Positions 48,974 through 59,036 are shown, numbered from the stretch's first letter. The stretch: 64,000 nucleotides of DNA from an uncultured bacterium (GCA_963813485.1 CAWEZE010000017.1:65919-129918); one strand, 5' to 3'. Numbers and translations: made by a program. Notes: a model not told the origin generated them from the letters alone.

Positions 48974-50254
48974 GTGGCCGTTGCGCTCGTGGTGGTCACC
49001 TCGCTCCTGTTCACGGTCTCGGTGACGGCCGTCTGGGCGCGCCGGAACGCCCTGAACACCGATCGCTACGTGCAGACGATCGGCCCCGTGGCCCAGGACG
49101 TGCGGGTGCAGCGGGCGCTCGGGCGGTACATCACTGACCAGGCCATGAGCGCGATCGACCCCGAAGAGCTCTTCAAAGAGGCGCTGCCGGAGCGCGGGCA
49201 GATCCTCGCCGCGCCCCTGACCAGTGCCCTGCGGGGGTTCGTCAACGACCGGGTCAACGCGTTCCTGGCAACCGACGAGTTCAGCCGCCTGTGGGTGCGG
49301 ATCAACGAGGTTGCCCACGAGCGGGTGGTCGACGTCCTCAACGGAGACCTCCCGCCCAGCCTCCAGGTCCAGGGCAATGACGTCGTGGTCAACGTGATTC
49401 CGGTCGTCAACCAGGTGCTTGCCCGGATCGGTGAGGCGTCGCCGGAGATCTTCGGCCGAACGGTCAACCTGCCCACGGTCACGGTCGACGAGATCCCCGA
49501 GGACGCGATCCAGAAGGTCGAGAGCGCTCTGGGGCGGGACCTGCCGGAGAACTTCGGTCAGTTCACGGTCTTCGACGCCAGCAAGCTCCAGCAGGTGCAG
49601 GACACGGTGACCCTGGTCAACAAGCTCGTGGTCGTGGCGGTGATCCTGGCGATCGTGCTGTTCGCCCTGACCCTGTGGGTGTCGCCACGCCGTCGGCGCA
49701 CGCTGCTCCAGCTCATGGTGGGGATCGCTCTCGGGATCGTCCTCGTCCGCCGGCTGGGCCTGCGGTTGGAGGACGACGTCGTCGAGCTCGTCAAGCCGGA
49801 GAACCGCGACGCGGTCAAGGTCGTCGTGGGGGCGTTCGTCTCGAGCCTGTTGGACGCCACCGCCTGGATCCTGGGCATCGCCGCGGTGGTCGCGGTGGTC
49901 GCCCTCCTGACCGGGCCCTACGGCTGGGCCAGGGCGCTCCGCCGGGGGACCGTGTCCGGGGGCCAGGCGGCCGTGGGCGCCGCCCGTTCCGCCATCAACC
50001 GCCAGCCCGACGACCCCGTCGTCGCGTGGGTGGGTGCACACCGGGAGGTCCTGCAGGCGGGCGGGATCGTCGTCGGCATACTGGCGCTGCTCGTCTTCGA
50101 CCTGTCGTGGATCGGCCTGTTCGTGCTCGCGGCGCTCGTCATCGCGTACGAACTCGTGGTGCAGCGCCTCGCCGACATCGGGGCCGGCGGCGTGCCCCCG
50201 GAGGAGGGACCCGCCGTGCCTGCCGGAGGCGGTCCTGCCGTCGAACCTCAGTGA
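48974..50254 (+). CDS. Integral membrane protein of unknown function (possibly with a frameshifted coiled-coil N-terminal extension from GTG 48814)
   Basis: The 426-aa ORF has an N-terminal TM helix (VAVALVVVTSLLFTVSVTAVWA), a large soluble region, and 4-5 C-terminal TM helices. Upstream, another frame reads VNAGSDSVGDATPTDEEVARLAEEQE from GTG 48814. The main frame is already open with RLQAEVDGLRAELATAPRR, so a 1-nt shift near 48891 would join them. Confidence 0.7.
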   Translation: MAVALVVVTSLLFTVSVTAVWARRNALNTDRYVQTIGPVAQDVRVQRALGRYITDQAMSAIDPEELFKEALPERGQILAAPLTSALRGFVNDRVNAFLATDEFSRLWVRINEVAHERVVDVLNGDLPPSLQVQGNDVVVNVIPVVNQVLARIGEASPEIFGRTVNLPTVTVDEIPEDAIQKVESALGRDLPENFGQFTVFDASKLQQVQDTVTLVNKLVVVAVILAIVLFALTLWVSPRRRRTLLQLMVGIALGIVLVRRLGLRLEDDVVELVKPENRDAVKVVVGAFVSSLLDATAWILGIAAVVAVVALLTGPYGWARALRRGTVSGGQAAVGAARSAINRQPDDPVVAWVGAHREVLQAGGIVVGILALLVFDLSWIGLFVLAALVIAYELVVQRLADIGAGGVPPEEGPAVPAGGGPAVEPQ

Positions 50255-51316
50255 GCCCGCGCCACTCCTGTCACGACGCGGGCGTGGACGCGCCGGTGGC
50301 CTGCTGCGGAGTCCACGCTTTCCTCGGGAAGCAGGCTCCGCTGGTCGAGCACGTAGAGCAGGACGAGCGACGGCACGATGACGACCGCCGCGACGCCGAA
50401 CACCACGAGCACCGTTGCCAGCGTGGCGGACGGAGCCGCAGCCGCCGACACCTTCAGGCTCGTGGGCAGGATGTACGGCCACTGCGCCACTCCCCAGGCC
50501 CAGATGATGCTCGCCACTGCGCCGGCGGCGAGCAGCGCGCGTGCCGCGCTGCGACTGCCGCAGCAGCAGCACGAGCGACCCGATCCCACAGAGCGCCGAG
50601 AGCAGGACGAGCGGGAGCGCACGCGCCGTCATCCCGTCGAAGACGTAGCGGGCGTCGGACCGGAGCACGAATATGCCGACGAAGGCCACAATGCCGGCGA
50701 CGACCGCCGCCACTACTGCTCGCCGCCGGAAGTACTCGACCATCGAGTCGTCTGCCAATCGGCGGGCGTCCCAGATGAGGTACACGGAGGCCAGGTAGGC
50801 GCCGGCCGTCACGGCGAGCACGCCGCCGACGATCGACGTCGGGTTGATCCAGCTGGACCAGGGATCGCCGGCCTCGCCGCCTGCGGGTACGCGGCCGGAC
50901 GCGATCGCGCCGGCAATGGCACCCATGCAGTACGGCACGAGGACCGAGGAGAAGGCGAAGATCGCGCCCAGCGCCCGCCGTTCGGACGTACGGAAGAGGC
51001 TCTTGCGGAACGCGAAGCTTGCGCCGCGCAGCACGATCCCAAGCGCGACGAGGGTGAGGGGAACGAAGAGCGTGAGCGTGATCGACGCGAAGGCCTCGGG
51101 GAACCCGGTCCAGAGCACGACCAGCGCGAAGATCAACCACACGTGGTTGGCTTCCCACACCGGGCCGATGGAGTGGTCGATGAGCGCCCGTGGTCGCTCG
51201 CCCCTGTCCGCTCCGCCGGCGACGAGGTCCCAGAACCCGGCGCCGAAGTCCGCGCCGGCGAGGACCGCGTAGGCACTCACCGCGGCGAACAGCACGACGG
51301 CGACGGCGTCATCCAC
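50248..51316 (-). pseudogene. cydB: Cytochrome bd ubiquinol/menaquinol oxidase subunit II, 1 frameshift
   Basis: GTG 51316 lies 8 nt after GGAGGAG. The product reads VDDAVAVVLFAAVSAYAVLAGADFGAGFWDL…GPVWEANHVWLIFALVVLWTGFPEAFASI…GASFAFRK… up to …GSLVLLLR. It continues in ORF 50248..50622 (…ALLAAGAVASIIWAWGVAQWPYILP…VIVPSLVLLYVL…). The shift is near 50550. Confidence 0.85.
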
Positions 51317-52746
51317 CGACGGGCTCCTCCTCCTGCGTCGTCTCCGAGGGCAGCTCACGTGGACCGTAGGGGACGTCGCTGTCGACGAGCTCGGCTTGCC
51401 GCCGGAACCGCCGGCTCATGCTCCGGAGCACGAGGACCAGCGGTCGTCGCCAGGGTGAGGTAGATGGCCACGACGACGATGAACGTGATCCAGACGCCGT
51501 CGTTGGTCGTGGCGGCGTCCTCGACCTTCATGTGGTTGCGGACGATCCAGGGCTGGCGGCCCACCTCGGTGACCACCCACCCCGCTTCCATGGCCAGGAC
51601 GGCGGCGACACCGGCACCCGAGGCGATCCAGAGGAACAGCTTGGACCTCGGCATGTCGCGCCGGAAGATCCAGGCGAGCGCGTACCAGGCCGACAGTAGG
51701 AACAGCAGCGTGGCGATGCCGACCATCACGTCCCACGCCAGGTGGACGGTGTTGACCTCCCGTGTCGTCGGTCGTTCGTCGGCGGGGAACGAGTCGAGCC
51801 CTTGTACGACCGTGGCGGTGCCGGTGCTCGGGTCGGACAGCCACGAGGCGAGCCCGGGGATCGCGATCCCGCCGGTCACGTTGCCGTCGGAGTCGATGCG
51901 CCCGAGCAGGGTCTCGGGAACGTCGCTGTCGGTCTCGGGCAAGAGCTCGATCGCCGCGAACTTGGTGGGTTCGTTGTTGTACACCCAGCGGGCCAGCGTG
52001 TCCCCGACGAACATCTGGACCGGTGTCGCGATGGCGGCGATGGTGAACGGGATGAGGAAGCCGAGCCGGTGATACCGGTCGCGGCGGCCCTTCAACATGC
52101 CGACCGCGTAGACCGAGGCGACCAGGAAGCCGCCGACGAGATAGGCGGCGACCAGCATGTGCGACGCCTCGTAGGGCCAGGCGTCGTTGAAGATCACCTT
52201 GAGTGGATCGACGTCCACGACCTCACCGGCGTTGTTGAGCGTGAACCCTGCCGGCTCGTTCATCCAGGCGTTGGCGGCGACCACCGAGAGCGTGCCGCCG
52301 ATGCCGGCGAGGACGATCGGCACCCCGGTCCAGAAGTGCGGCCACGGCCGCAGCCGCTTCCAACCGAAGATGTAGATCGCGATGAAGATCGCCTCGGTGA
52401 AGAAGAACAGTCCCTCGACCGCGAACGGGATCCCGAACGCGGCACCCCAGGTGCCCATGAACTTCGGCCACAGGAGCCCGAACTCGAACGTGAGGACGGT
52501 GCCCGTGACGGCGCCGACGGCGAACGTGACGGCCATGTACTTCGACCAGCGCTGCGCCAGGAGCAACGCGTCCTGGTCGTCCCGCTTGATCGCCCGCCAG
52601 TTGGCCACCAAGGTCATGCAGGCCCACGACACACCCAGAGGCACGAGGATGATGTGGCTGGCGAGCGTGAACGCCATCTGCGCCCGCGCCCACGGCACGG
52701 GGTCCACCGCCAGCACGCCCCCTCCGAGGAGGGACAAGGCGCTCAC
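51309..52746 (-). pseudogene. cydA: Cytochrome bd oxidase subunit I, 1 frameshift in the last ~45 codons
   Basis: …RAQMAFTLASHIILVPLGVSWA…TGTVLTFEFGLLWPKFM…PFAVEGLFFFTEAIFIAIY…AANAWMNEPAGF…FAAIELL…EAGWVVTEVGRQPWIV. After …VVAIYLTLA (about 51445) the alternative frame gives …LVLVLRSMSRRFRRQAELVDSDVPYGPRELPSETTQEEEPVGG*. That stop overlaps the cydB GTG (GTGGATGA). Confidence 0.88.
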
Positions 52747-54313
52747 GCCGTGGCGCCCAGCCGTTCGAGCAGGTGGTCGCCGACGCGGAGGGCGTTGGCC
52801 ATTGCCGTGAGCGCCGGGTTCACGGCGCCGATGCTGGGGAAGAAGCTGGTGTCGACGACGTAGAGGTTGTCGACCTCGTGGGCACGGCAGTCGACGTCGA
52901 GCACCGACGTGGCGGGATCGGTACCGAACCGGCAGGTGCCGGCCTGGTGGGCGCAGCCCGCCACGGGGATGTCGGTCTTCAGGTAGGCGTGGCGGGGGAT
53001 GAGGTGGTCCTGGTGCATGCCCAGGTGGCCGAGCATCGACTTGAGCTGGTGGTACAGGCGGTCGCTGGCCGCCTGGTTTCCCACCTCGTAGCTGAGCCTG
53101 ATGCTGCCGTCACGCTCCAGCGTGACCCTGCTGTCGGGCCGGGGCACGTCCTCGGTCGACAGCCAGAAGTCGACGGCGTGGGTGGCGATGTCGCGCAGGA
53201 CCCGCGTTGGGCGCGAGTTTCGTCTCGATCGGCTTCTCGCCCCGGTACATCTCCTCGGTCGACTTGCCGACCATCTGGATGTTGCCCATCGGGAACTCGA
53301 AGTCGTCGGTGCCGAAGTAGAAGTCGTTGACGCCGAGGGTCTTCTGGAAGACCGTCGGGTTCGGCTCGTGGGACAGGGCCAGCACCGCCTGGCTGTTGTG
53401 GAACACGAAGTTGCGCCCCACCTGGTCGGAGCCGTTGGCGAGGCCGTTGGGGTGCTGGTCGTTGGCCGACGCCAGCAGCAGCTTGGCCGTGTTCGCCGCG
53501 CCGCAGGACACGACGACGATGTCGGCGCCGAAGGTCTGGCGCTCACCGTCGTGGTCGACCACCACCTCGGTGACGGCAGTGCCGGAGGGGTTGGTGGCCA
53601 ACCGCACGGCGGTGGCGTTGGTCAGCAGCGTGACGTTGGGGTGCTGCAGCGCCGGGCGGACGCCGTGGACCTCGGCATCGGACTTGGCGTGCAACGGGCA
53701 GGGGAAGCCGTCGCAGAAGGCACAGCGGACGCACGTGCTGTAGGGCATGTTGGCCTCGTCGAGCATGACGCCGCACGGCGCGTGGAACGGGTGGTAGCCG
53801 GCGGCGGCGAGGTCGTCGGAGAGCTGCTGGATCCGGGGTTCGTGCGACGAGCGCCGGGAAGGGGTAGGGGGCGCTCGAGGGGGGCTCGGTCGGGTCCTCA
53901 CCCCGGGCGCCGTGCACCTGGTAGAGCTGCTCGGCGAGCGTGTAGTAGGGCTCCATGTCGTCGTAGGCGATGGGCCAGGCGGGCGACAGGCCGTCGTGGT
54001 GGCGCAGCTCGCCGAAGTCCTCGCGGCGTAGGCGGTAGAGCGCGGCGCCGTAGAGCTTGGTCGCTCCACCCACGAAGTAGTGGATCTGAGGCTGGAAGGC
54101 CTTGCCGTTGGCGTCGTACCACGTGTCGGGTGACACGTAGCGGCCGTCTACGAACACGTCCTGAGCCGACCAGTTGTTCGGCTCGCGTGGCAGCCAGTCG
54201 CCGCGCTCGAGCAACATGATGCGCTTGCCCGACGGGGCCAGGTGGCGTGCCAGCGTGCCACCGCCCGCACCCGTGCCGATGATGATGACGTCGTAGTGGT
54301 CGCCGGCGCTCAT
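52743..54313 (-). pseudogene. GMC-family FAD-dependent oxidoreductase, at least 2 frameshifts
   Basis: The N-terminus is MSAGDHYDVIIIGTGAGGGTLARHLAPSGKRIMLLERG (FAD GxGxxG), reading to …PSSAPYPFP. A shift near 53850 leads to SHEPRIQQLSDDLAAAGYHPFHAPCGV…CVRCAFCDGFPCP…IVVVSCGAANTAKLLL…. A shift near 53210 leads to …RVLRDIATHAVDFWLSTEDVPRPDSRVTLE…CAHQAGTCRFGTDPATSVLDVDCRAHEVDNLYVVDTSFFPSIGAVNPALTAMANALRVGDHL (GMC C-terminal signature). Confidence 0.82.
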
Positions 54314-56205
54314 GTGATTTCGTCCAGACGCTCGGCGAGGACGATCCGGGCTGCGGCTTCGATCAGCGCCAGGTGCGAGAACGCCTGGGGGAAGTTGCCC
54401 AGGTGGTGGGCCGTTTCGGTGTCGAACTCCTCGGCGAATAGCCCCAGCGGGGAGGCGACGCGCAAGAGCCGCTCCATGAGGTCGCGGGCGCGCTGTTCCT
54501 CACCGATGATCGCCAGCGCGGAGACCAGCCAGAACGAGCAGATCAGGAAGGTGCCCTCCTTGCCGGACATGCCGTCGTCGGTCTCGTCGGTGCGGTAGCG
54601 CAGCACGAAGCCGTGGTCGGTTAGCTCGTCGGCGACGGCCAGCACGCTGGCGCGTAGCCGTTCGTCGTCGCCGGGCAGGAACCCGAAGATCGCCGCCAGC
54701 AGGGTGGAGGCGTCGAGGGCGTCGGTGTCGTAGTGCTGGCGTAGCACGCCCCGGCCGTCGAGGCCGTGTTCGAGGATGTCGGCCTTGATCTCATCGGCGG
54801 TGGCGCCCCAGGTGGCCGCCTGGTCGGCGTCGCCGCGGATCGCAGCCAGGTCGGACGCCCGATCCAAAGCCACCCAGCACATCAGCTTGGAGGACACGTA
54901 CTGCTGGGGGGCGCCGCGGGCCTCCCAGATGCCCTGGTCGGGCTCGCGCCACACCGCCGTGGCGCACTCGGCCTGGGTCTGGACGAGGGGCCACAGGCCC
55001 CGAGGCAAGCGCTCGCTGCGCCGGGTGTGGAGCAGGATCGAGTCCAGCACCGCCCCGTAGACGTCGTTCTGGCGCTGATCCCAGGCCCCGTTGCCCACCC
55101 GCACCGGGCGGGCCCCGGCGTAGCCCGACAGGTCGTCGCGCGTCGACTCGGTCAGGTCCCGGCGCCCGTCGATCCCGTACATGATCTGCAGGCCGCCGTC
55201 GTCGACACACTCGAGCTCGGTCACGAACTGGATGAACTCGTCGGCCTCCCAGTCCAGATCCAAGAAGTGCAGCGCCTGGAGCGTGAACGTGGAGTCGCGC
55301 ATCCACGTGTAGCGGTAGTCCCAGTTGCGTTCGCCGCCCGGGGTCTCGGGCAACGAGGTGGTCAGCGCCGCGACGGTCGCCCCCGTCGGCATGTAGGTGA
55401 GGCCCTTGATCGCCAACGCGGACCGCTCGATCGCCGGCCGGTAGGCATGATCCACCGCCCGCGCCCGCCCCAGCCAGGCCCGCCAGAACCGCGTAGTGGC
55501 AGCCAACTGCTCGTCGGCCGCGTCGACGTCGCCGGGCGCCGCCAGGCTCTCGGCCCACGACAGCGCGCAGTACACCCGGTCGCCCTTGCGCAGGACATGG
55601 CGGGCGCGGACCCGGCCGCCCTCGATGCCCAGCGCCAGGTCGGTCTGCAGCCTGATGGTCTGGTCGGCGCCGGAGGCGTCGGCGACGTGTCTGTCCCCGT
55701 CGGCCAGCGTCCAGGACGCCGCGGTGCGGCCGTAGTCGAACACCGGCTCGCAGATCAGCTCGATCTCGACCTCGCCGTCGATGCACTCCGCCGTCCGCAC
55801 CAGGGTGTGGTCGGCGTCATCGTCGGCCGGTGGCCGGGTGTGCGGTGTGACCACGTCCTCGCCCCGGCGTGGCCCCATCGTCAACGCGTCGCGGACGACC
55901 ACCCAGCCGTCCCCCGTGTTCCACGTCGTGGCCAAGATGTTGGTCCCCGGCTCGTACGCCCGCGCCGTCGGGACGTTGATCCCGAACGGCCCCAACCGGA
56001 AATACCCCGCCTCGCGGTCGAGCAGCGTGCCGAACACGCTCGGGGCGTCGAAACGCGGCACGCACAGCCAGCCGACCCCGCCGTCGGGGGCGACCAGCGC
56101 GCCGGTGTGGCAGTCGGACAGGAAGGCGTAGTCCTCGATCGGCGGGAACGGCGACGGCATCGCCGCGCTCTGGCGGTGCTCCGCGGGCGTCTCGACGGTG
56201 CTCAT
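54310..56205 (-). CDS. Glycoside hydrolase family 15 (glucoamylase/trehalase-like)
   Basis: From ATG 56205: MSTVETPAEHRQSAAMPSPFPPIEDYAFLSDCHTGALVAPDGGVGWLCVPRFDAPSVFGTLLD…GERNWDYRYTWMRDSTFTL…VSSKLMCWVALDR…EGTFLICSFWLVSALA…FPQAFSHLALIEAA. Intact. Its ATG overlaps the zwf stop (ATGA) and its stop overlaps the GMC ATG (ATGA). Confidence 0.88.
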   Translation of the reverse strand: MSTVETPAEHRQSAAMPSPFPPIEDYAFLSDCHTGALVAPDGGVGWLCVPRFDAPSVFGTLLDREAGYFRLGPFGINVPTARAYEPGTNILATTWNTGDGWVVVRDALTMGPRRGEDVVTPHTRPPADDDADHTLVRTAECIDGEVEIELICEPVFDYGRTAASWTLADGDRHVADASGADQTIRLQTDLALGIEGGRVRARHVLRKGDRVYCALSWAESLAAPGDVDAADEQLAATTRFWRAWLGRARAVDHAYRPAIERSALAIKGLTYMPTGATVAALTTSLPETPGGERNWDYRYTWMRDSTFTLQALHFLDLDWEADEFIQFVTELECVDDGGLQIMYGIDGRRDLTESTRDDLSGYAGARPVRVGNGAWDQRQNDVYGAVLDSILLHTRRSERLPRGLWPLVQTQAECATAVWREPDQGIWEARGAPQQYVSSKLMCWVALDRASDLAAIRGDADQAATWGATADEIKADILEHGLDGRGVLRQHYDTDALDASTLLAAIFGFLPGDDERLRASVLAVADELTDHGFVLRYRTDETDDGMSGKEGTFLICSFWLVSALAIIGEEQRARDLMERLLRVASPLGLFAEEFDTETAHHLGNFPQAFSHLALIEAAARIVLAERLDEIT

Positions 56206-57614
56206 GGCGTGGTCCACGGGTGATGCCACACGCCGTGGCCTGCGACGACATCGTCCGCGGCCGACGGTCCCCACGATCCCTGGGCGTAGGTGTGGACGGG
56301 GGGTGGGGCATCGAGGAGCGGCTGCATGATCCGCCAGGTCTCCTCGACGCCGTCCTGTCGCGTGAAGCGCGTGCTCTGGCCGATCATCGCCGCGTGGAGC
56401 AGCACCTCGTAGGGCGTGGCGCCCTCGCCGCCCTCCTCCGAGAACTCCATGTCCATGTTGATGGCCTCCGGCCCCGTCGCCTCGGCACGCCTGGCGTCGA
56501 CGAGCAGCCTGATCCCCGTCGACGGGTCGAGCTTGATCACCAGCTGGTCGGGCTCCGGTGCCCGGTCGCCGGTGAAGCCGAAGCCCAGCTTCGGCGGGCG
56601 CTTGAAGACGAGCCTGACCTCCGTCTGGGTGGCCGGCAGGTGCTTGCCGGTGCGGATGAAGAAGGGGACACCCGACCAGCGCCAGTTGTCGATGTCCAGC
56701 CGCAACGCCGCGTACGTCTCCGTGGTCGAGCCCTGAGCGACCCCGGGCGTGTCGAGGTAGCCCTCGTACTGGCCGCGCACGTAGTGCTTGGGATCGGCCG
56801 TCGCAACGGCACGGAAGACGGCGAGCTGGGCGTCCTTGATCGCGCGTGGGTCGGACGGCGCCTCCATCGCCGTCGCCGAGACCACTTGCATGAGGTGGTT
56901 GACCACGACGTCACGTAGGGCGCCCACAGGGTCGTAGAAGTGGCCCCGGTCCTCGACCCCGAAGCTCTCCGCCATCGTGATCTGCACGGACTCGAGGCTG
57001 TTCCGGTTCCACACCGGCTCGAACATCGTGTTGGCGAACCGGAGATAGAGGAGCTCCTCGATGCCCATCTTCCCCAGGAAGTGGTCGATCCGGTAGATCT
57101 GCGACTCGTCGAGGTACTGGTGGAGCTCCGCAGCCAGTGCCTGGGCCGAGTCCTGGTCGTGGCCGAACGGCTTCTCCACGACCACCCGTGCGTTGTCGGT
57201 GATCCCGGCGTCGGCCAGCCCCTTCACAACGGTGCCGAACAGGAACGGGGGGATCTCCAGGTAGAAGACCGGGTGCTCGGCGCCTTTGATCGCGGTCCTC
57301 ACGCGCTCATAGGTGGCGGCGTCCGCGAAGTCGCCCTGCACGTAGGACAGCCGGGCGGCGAAGCGGTCGAACACCTGCTCGTCGAGCGCCTCGCCGGTGC
57401 CAACGATCGACTCGCGGGCGTGGTCCCGCAGATGATCCTCCGTCCAATCGTCGACCGCCACGCCCACGATCGGACACGTCAACAGCCCACGTCCCTCGAG
57501 CCGGTACAGCGACCGGAACGTCATGACCCTGGCCAGATCGCCCGTGATCCCGAAGACCACGAAGACGTCCGCTGGCTGCTGCCCCGGGCCTGCCCGGCCG
57601 TCGGGTGTTGCCAT
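56202..57614 (-). CDS. zwf: Glucose-6-phosphate dehydrogenase
   Basis: ATG 57614 follows GAGAGGAG. The product reads …VFVVFGITGDLARVMTFRSLYRLE…VVVEKPFGHDQDSAQALA…IYRIDHFLGKMGIEELLYLRFANTMFEPVWNR…. Intact, 470 aa. Confidence 0.92.
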   Translation of the reverse strand: MATPDGRAGPGQQPADVFVVFGITGDLARVMTFRSLYRLEGRGLLTCPIVGVAVDDWTEDHLRDHARESIVGTGEALDEQVFDRFAARLSYVQGDFADAATYERVRTAIKGAEHPVFYLEIPPFLFGTVVKGLADAGITDNARVVVEKPFGHDQDSAQALAAELHQYLDESQIYRIDHFLGKMGIEELLYLRFANTMFEPVWNRNSLESVQITMAESFGVEDRGHFYDPVGALRDVVVNHLMQVVSATAMEAPSDPRAIKDAQLAVFRAVATADPKHYVRGQYEGYLDTPGVAQGSTTETYAALRLDIDNWRWSGVPFFIRTGKHLPATQTEVRLVFKRPPKLGFGFTGDRAPEPDQLVIKLDPSTGIRLLVDARRAEATGPEAINMDMEFSEEGGEGATPYEVLLHAAMIGQSTRFTRQDGVEETWRIMQPLLDAPPPVHTYAQGSWGPSAADDVVAGHGVWHHPWTTP

Positions 57615-57626
57615 GCTCGGCTCCTC

Positions 57627-57740
57627 TCGCTCGCTCAGTCCTGCACCTTCGGGGGCTGCGCCCCGGTACCCCATCGCCTGCCGGCTCGCTGGCGCTCCCT
57701 CGGCTGGCCGGCCTTCGCTCGCATCGCTCGCTCAGTCCTG
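57627..57740. repeat. 17-nt perfect direct repeat TCGCTCGCTCAGTCCTG (57627-57643 and 57724-57740) bracketing the ndh-zwf intergenic spacer
   Basis: Read directly from the sequence. The distal copy contains the ndh stop codon (TCA on the plus strand, 57732-57734). The proximal copy sits just 5' of the zwf RBS. The 80 nt between them are GCGAGC-rich. Confidence 0.8.
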
Positions 57741-59036
57741 GTCGGTTCTCACCGAGATCCGTCCCGCGCGCTCGTGGGTGAATCCCGCCCACGTCCAGTC
57801 CACGACCGCCTTGGCCCGGTCCTCGCCGGTGGACAGGAGGGCCAGGTGCACCCCGCCCCACGCCAGGAACGCGGCCTTCCCCTTGAGCGTGTGCCCGCCA
57901 CGGGTCTGGACCACGGCGGACCCACGGCCGATCGTGGCCATCGTGCCCTTGTCGTGGTACACGAACGGCTCGGTGTCCTTGCCGTCCAGCAGGCGGGCGA
58001 TGTTCTCGCCGACGTGCTCGCCCGCCTGGAGTGCGACCGAGCCGAGCTGCGGCAGCACGTCGTTGGTTTTCGTGTCGGTGATCCAGGCGATGTCGCCGAT
58101 GGCGAACACCTCGGGATGCCCGGCGATGCTGAGGTCGGGCTCCGTGGGGATGCGGTTGCCGTGCTGCAGTTCGACGCCCAGAAGTGCGACGGTCGGGCTC
58201 GCCTGCAGGCCGGCACCCCAGACCAGCGTGTGTGCCTTGATCACCTTCCCGGATTCGAGGGTGACACGGGTCGGCTCGACCGAAGCGACGACCTCGCCCA
58301 GCAGCACCTCGACGCCGCGCTTCTCCAGTGCCTTCTTCGTGTAGGAGCGGATGTCGGAGCGGAACATCGCCAGGAGCGCCGGGCCCGCCTCGACGAGGAC
58401 GATGCGTACCTGGTCCTGCGGGATCTCGGGGTAGTCCTCGGAGAAGTTGCTGCGGTACAGCTCGGCGAGGGCGCCGGCGCTCTCGATGCCGGTGGCCCCA
58501 CCACCGACTATCACGACATTGACGGCGCCGTCCTCCACCAGCGCCGGATCTCGGTCCGCTGCTTCCCACTTCCGCAGGACGTGGTCCTTGAGGCGCACCG
58601 CGTCGGCGAGCGTGTACATCGGGAACGCGTGCTTGTCCGCGCCCTCCACACCGAAGAAGTTGACCATGGCACCCAACCCCAGTACGAGGTAGTCATACGT
58701 CAGGGGTCCCATCTCCGCGAACTGCACCTCCCGTCGGGCGAGATCGATGCCCGTGACCGTGGCCTCGTGCACGGCGGCGTTCGGCTGTTCGTGGAACAGG
58801 TCGCGTAGGGGATGACCACACGCGGAGGTTTCCAGCAGGTCGGTGGCGACCTGGTAGAGGAGGGGCTGGAACGTGTGGTAGTCGTTCTTGTCGATCACCG
58901 TGACGTCGGCGTCGGCGTCCTTGAGCTGTCGGGCCGCGCCCACGCCACCGAAGCCACCACCGAGCACGAGCACGTGCGGGCGCCCGGTCTGTCCGCGAGT
59001 CGGATCCGACGTCGTGTCGCTGGGAGGTGACGCCAT
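57732..59036 (-). CDS. ndh: Type II NADH dehydrogenase (NDH-2; FAD/NAD(P)-binding pyridine-nucleotide-disulfide oxidoreductase family)
   Basis: 434 aa, intact. Contains …HVLVLGGGFGGVGAARQL…VTVIDKNDYHTFQPLLYQVAT…VVIVGGGATGIESAGAL…VFAIGDIAW…. An RBS AGGAG precedes the ATG. Confidence 0.85.
   Translation of the reverse strand: MASPPSDTTSDPTRGQTGRPHVLVLGGGFGGVGAARQLKDADADVTVIDKNDYHTFQPLLYQVATDLLETSACGHPLRDLFHEQPNAAVHEATVTGIDLARREVQFAEMGPLTYDYLVLGLGAMVNFFGVEGADKHAFPMYTLADAVRLKDHVLRKWEAADRDPALVEDGAVNVVIVGGGATGIESAGALAELYRSNFSEDYPEIPQDQVRIVLVEAGPALLAMFRSDIRSYTKKALEKRGVEVLLGEVVASVEPTRVTLESGKVIKAHTLVWGAGLQASPTVALLGVELQHGNRIPTEPDLSIAGHPEVFAIGDIAWITDTKTNDVLPQLGSVALQAGEHVGENIARLLDGKDTEPFVYHDKGTMATIGRGSAVVQTRGGHTLKGKAAFLAWGGVHLALLSTGEDRAKAVVDWTWAGFTHERAGRISVRTDQD

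Noticed and set aside
47834-51358. Very long ORFs on the strand opposite to, or out of frame with, real genes: 47834..51358 (1174 aa), 28026..31154 (1042 aa), 41634..44174 (846 aa), 30514..32463 (649 aa), 36886..37938, and the part of 5154..7133 upstream of 6050.
   Set aside because: Their translations are Arg/Pro/Gly/Ala-rich with no recognisable motifs. They overlap genes with clear family signatures in another frame or strand. They are typical shadow ORFs of very GC-rich DNA. Only the first ~255 codons of 47834..51358 (from GTG 51316) are real; they are the N-terminal part of cydB.
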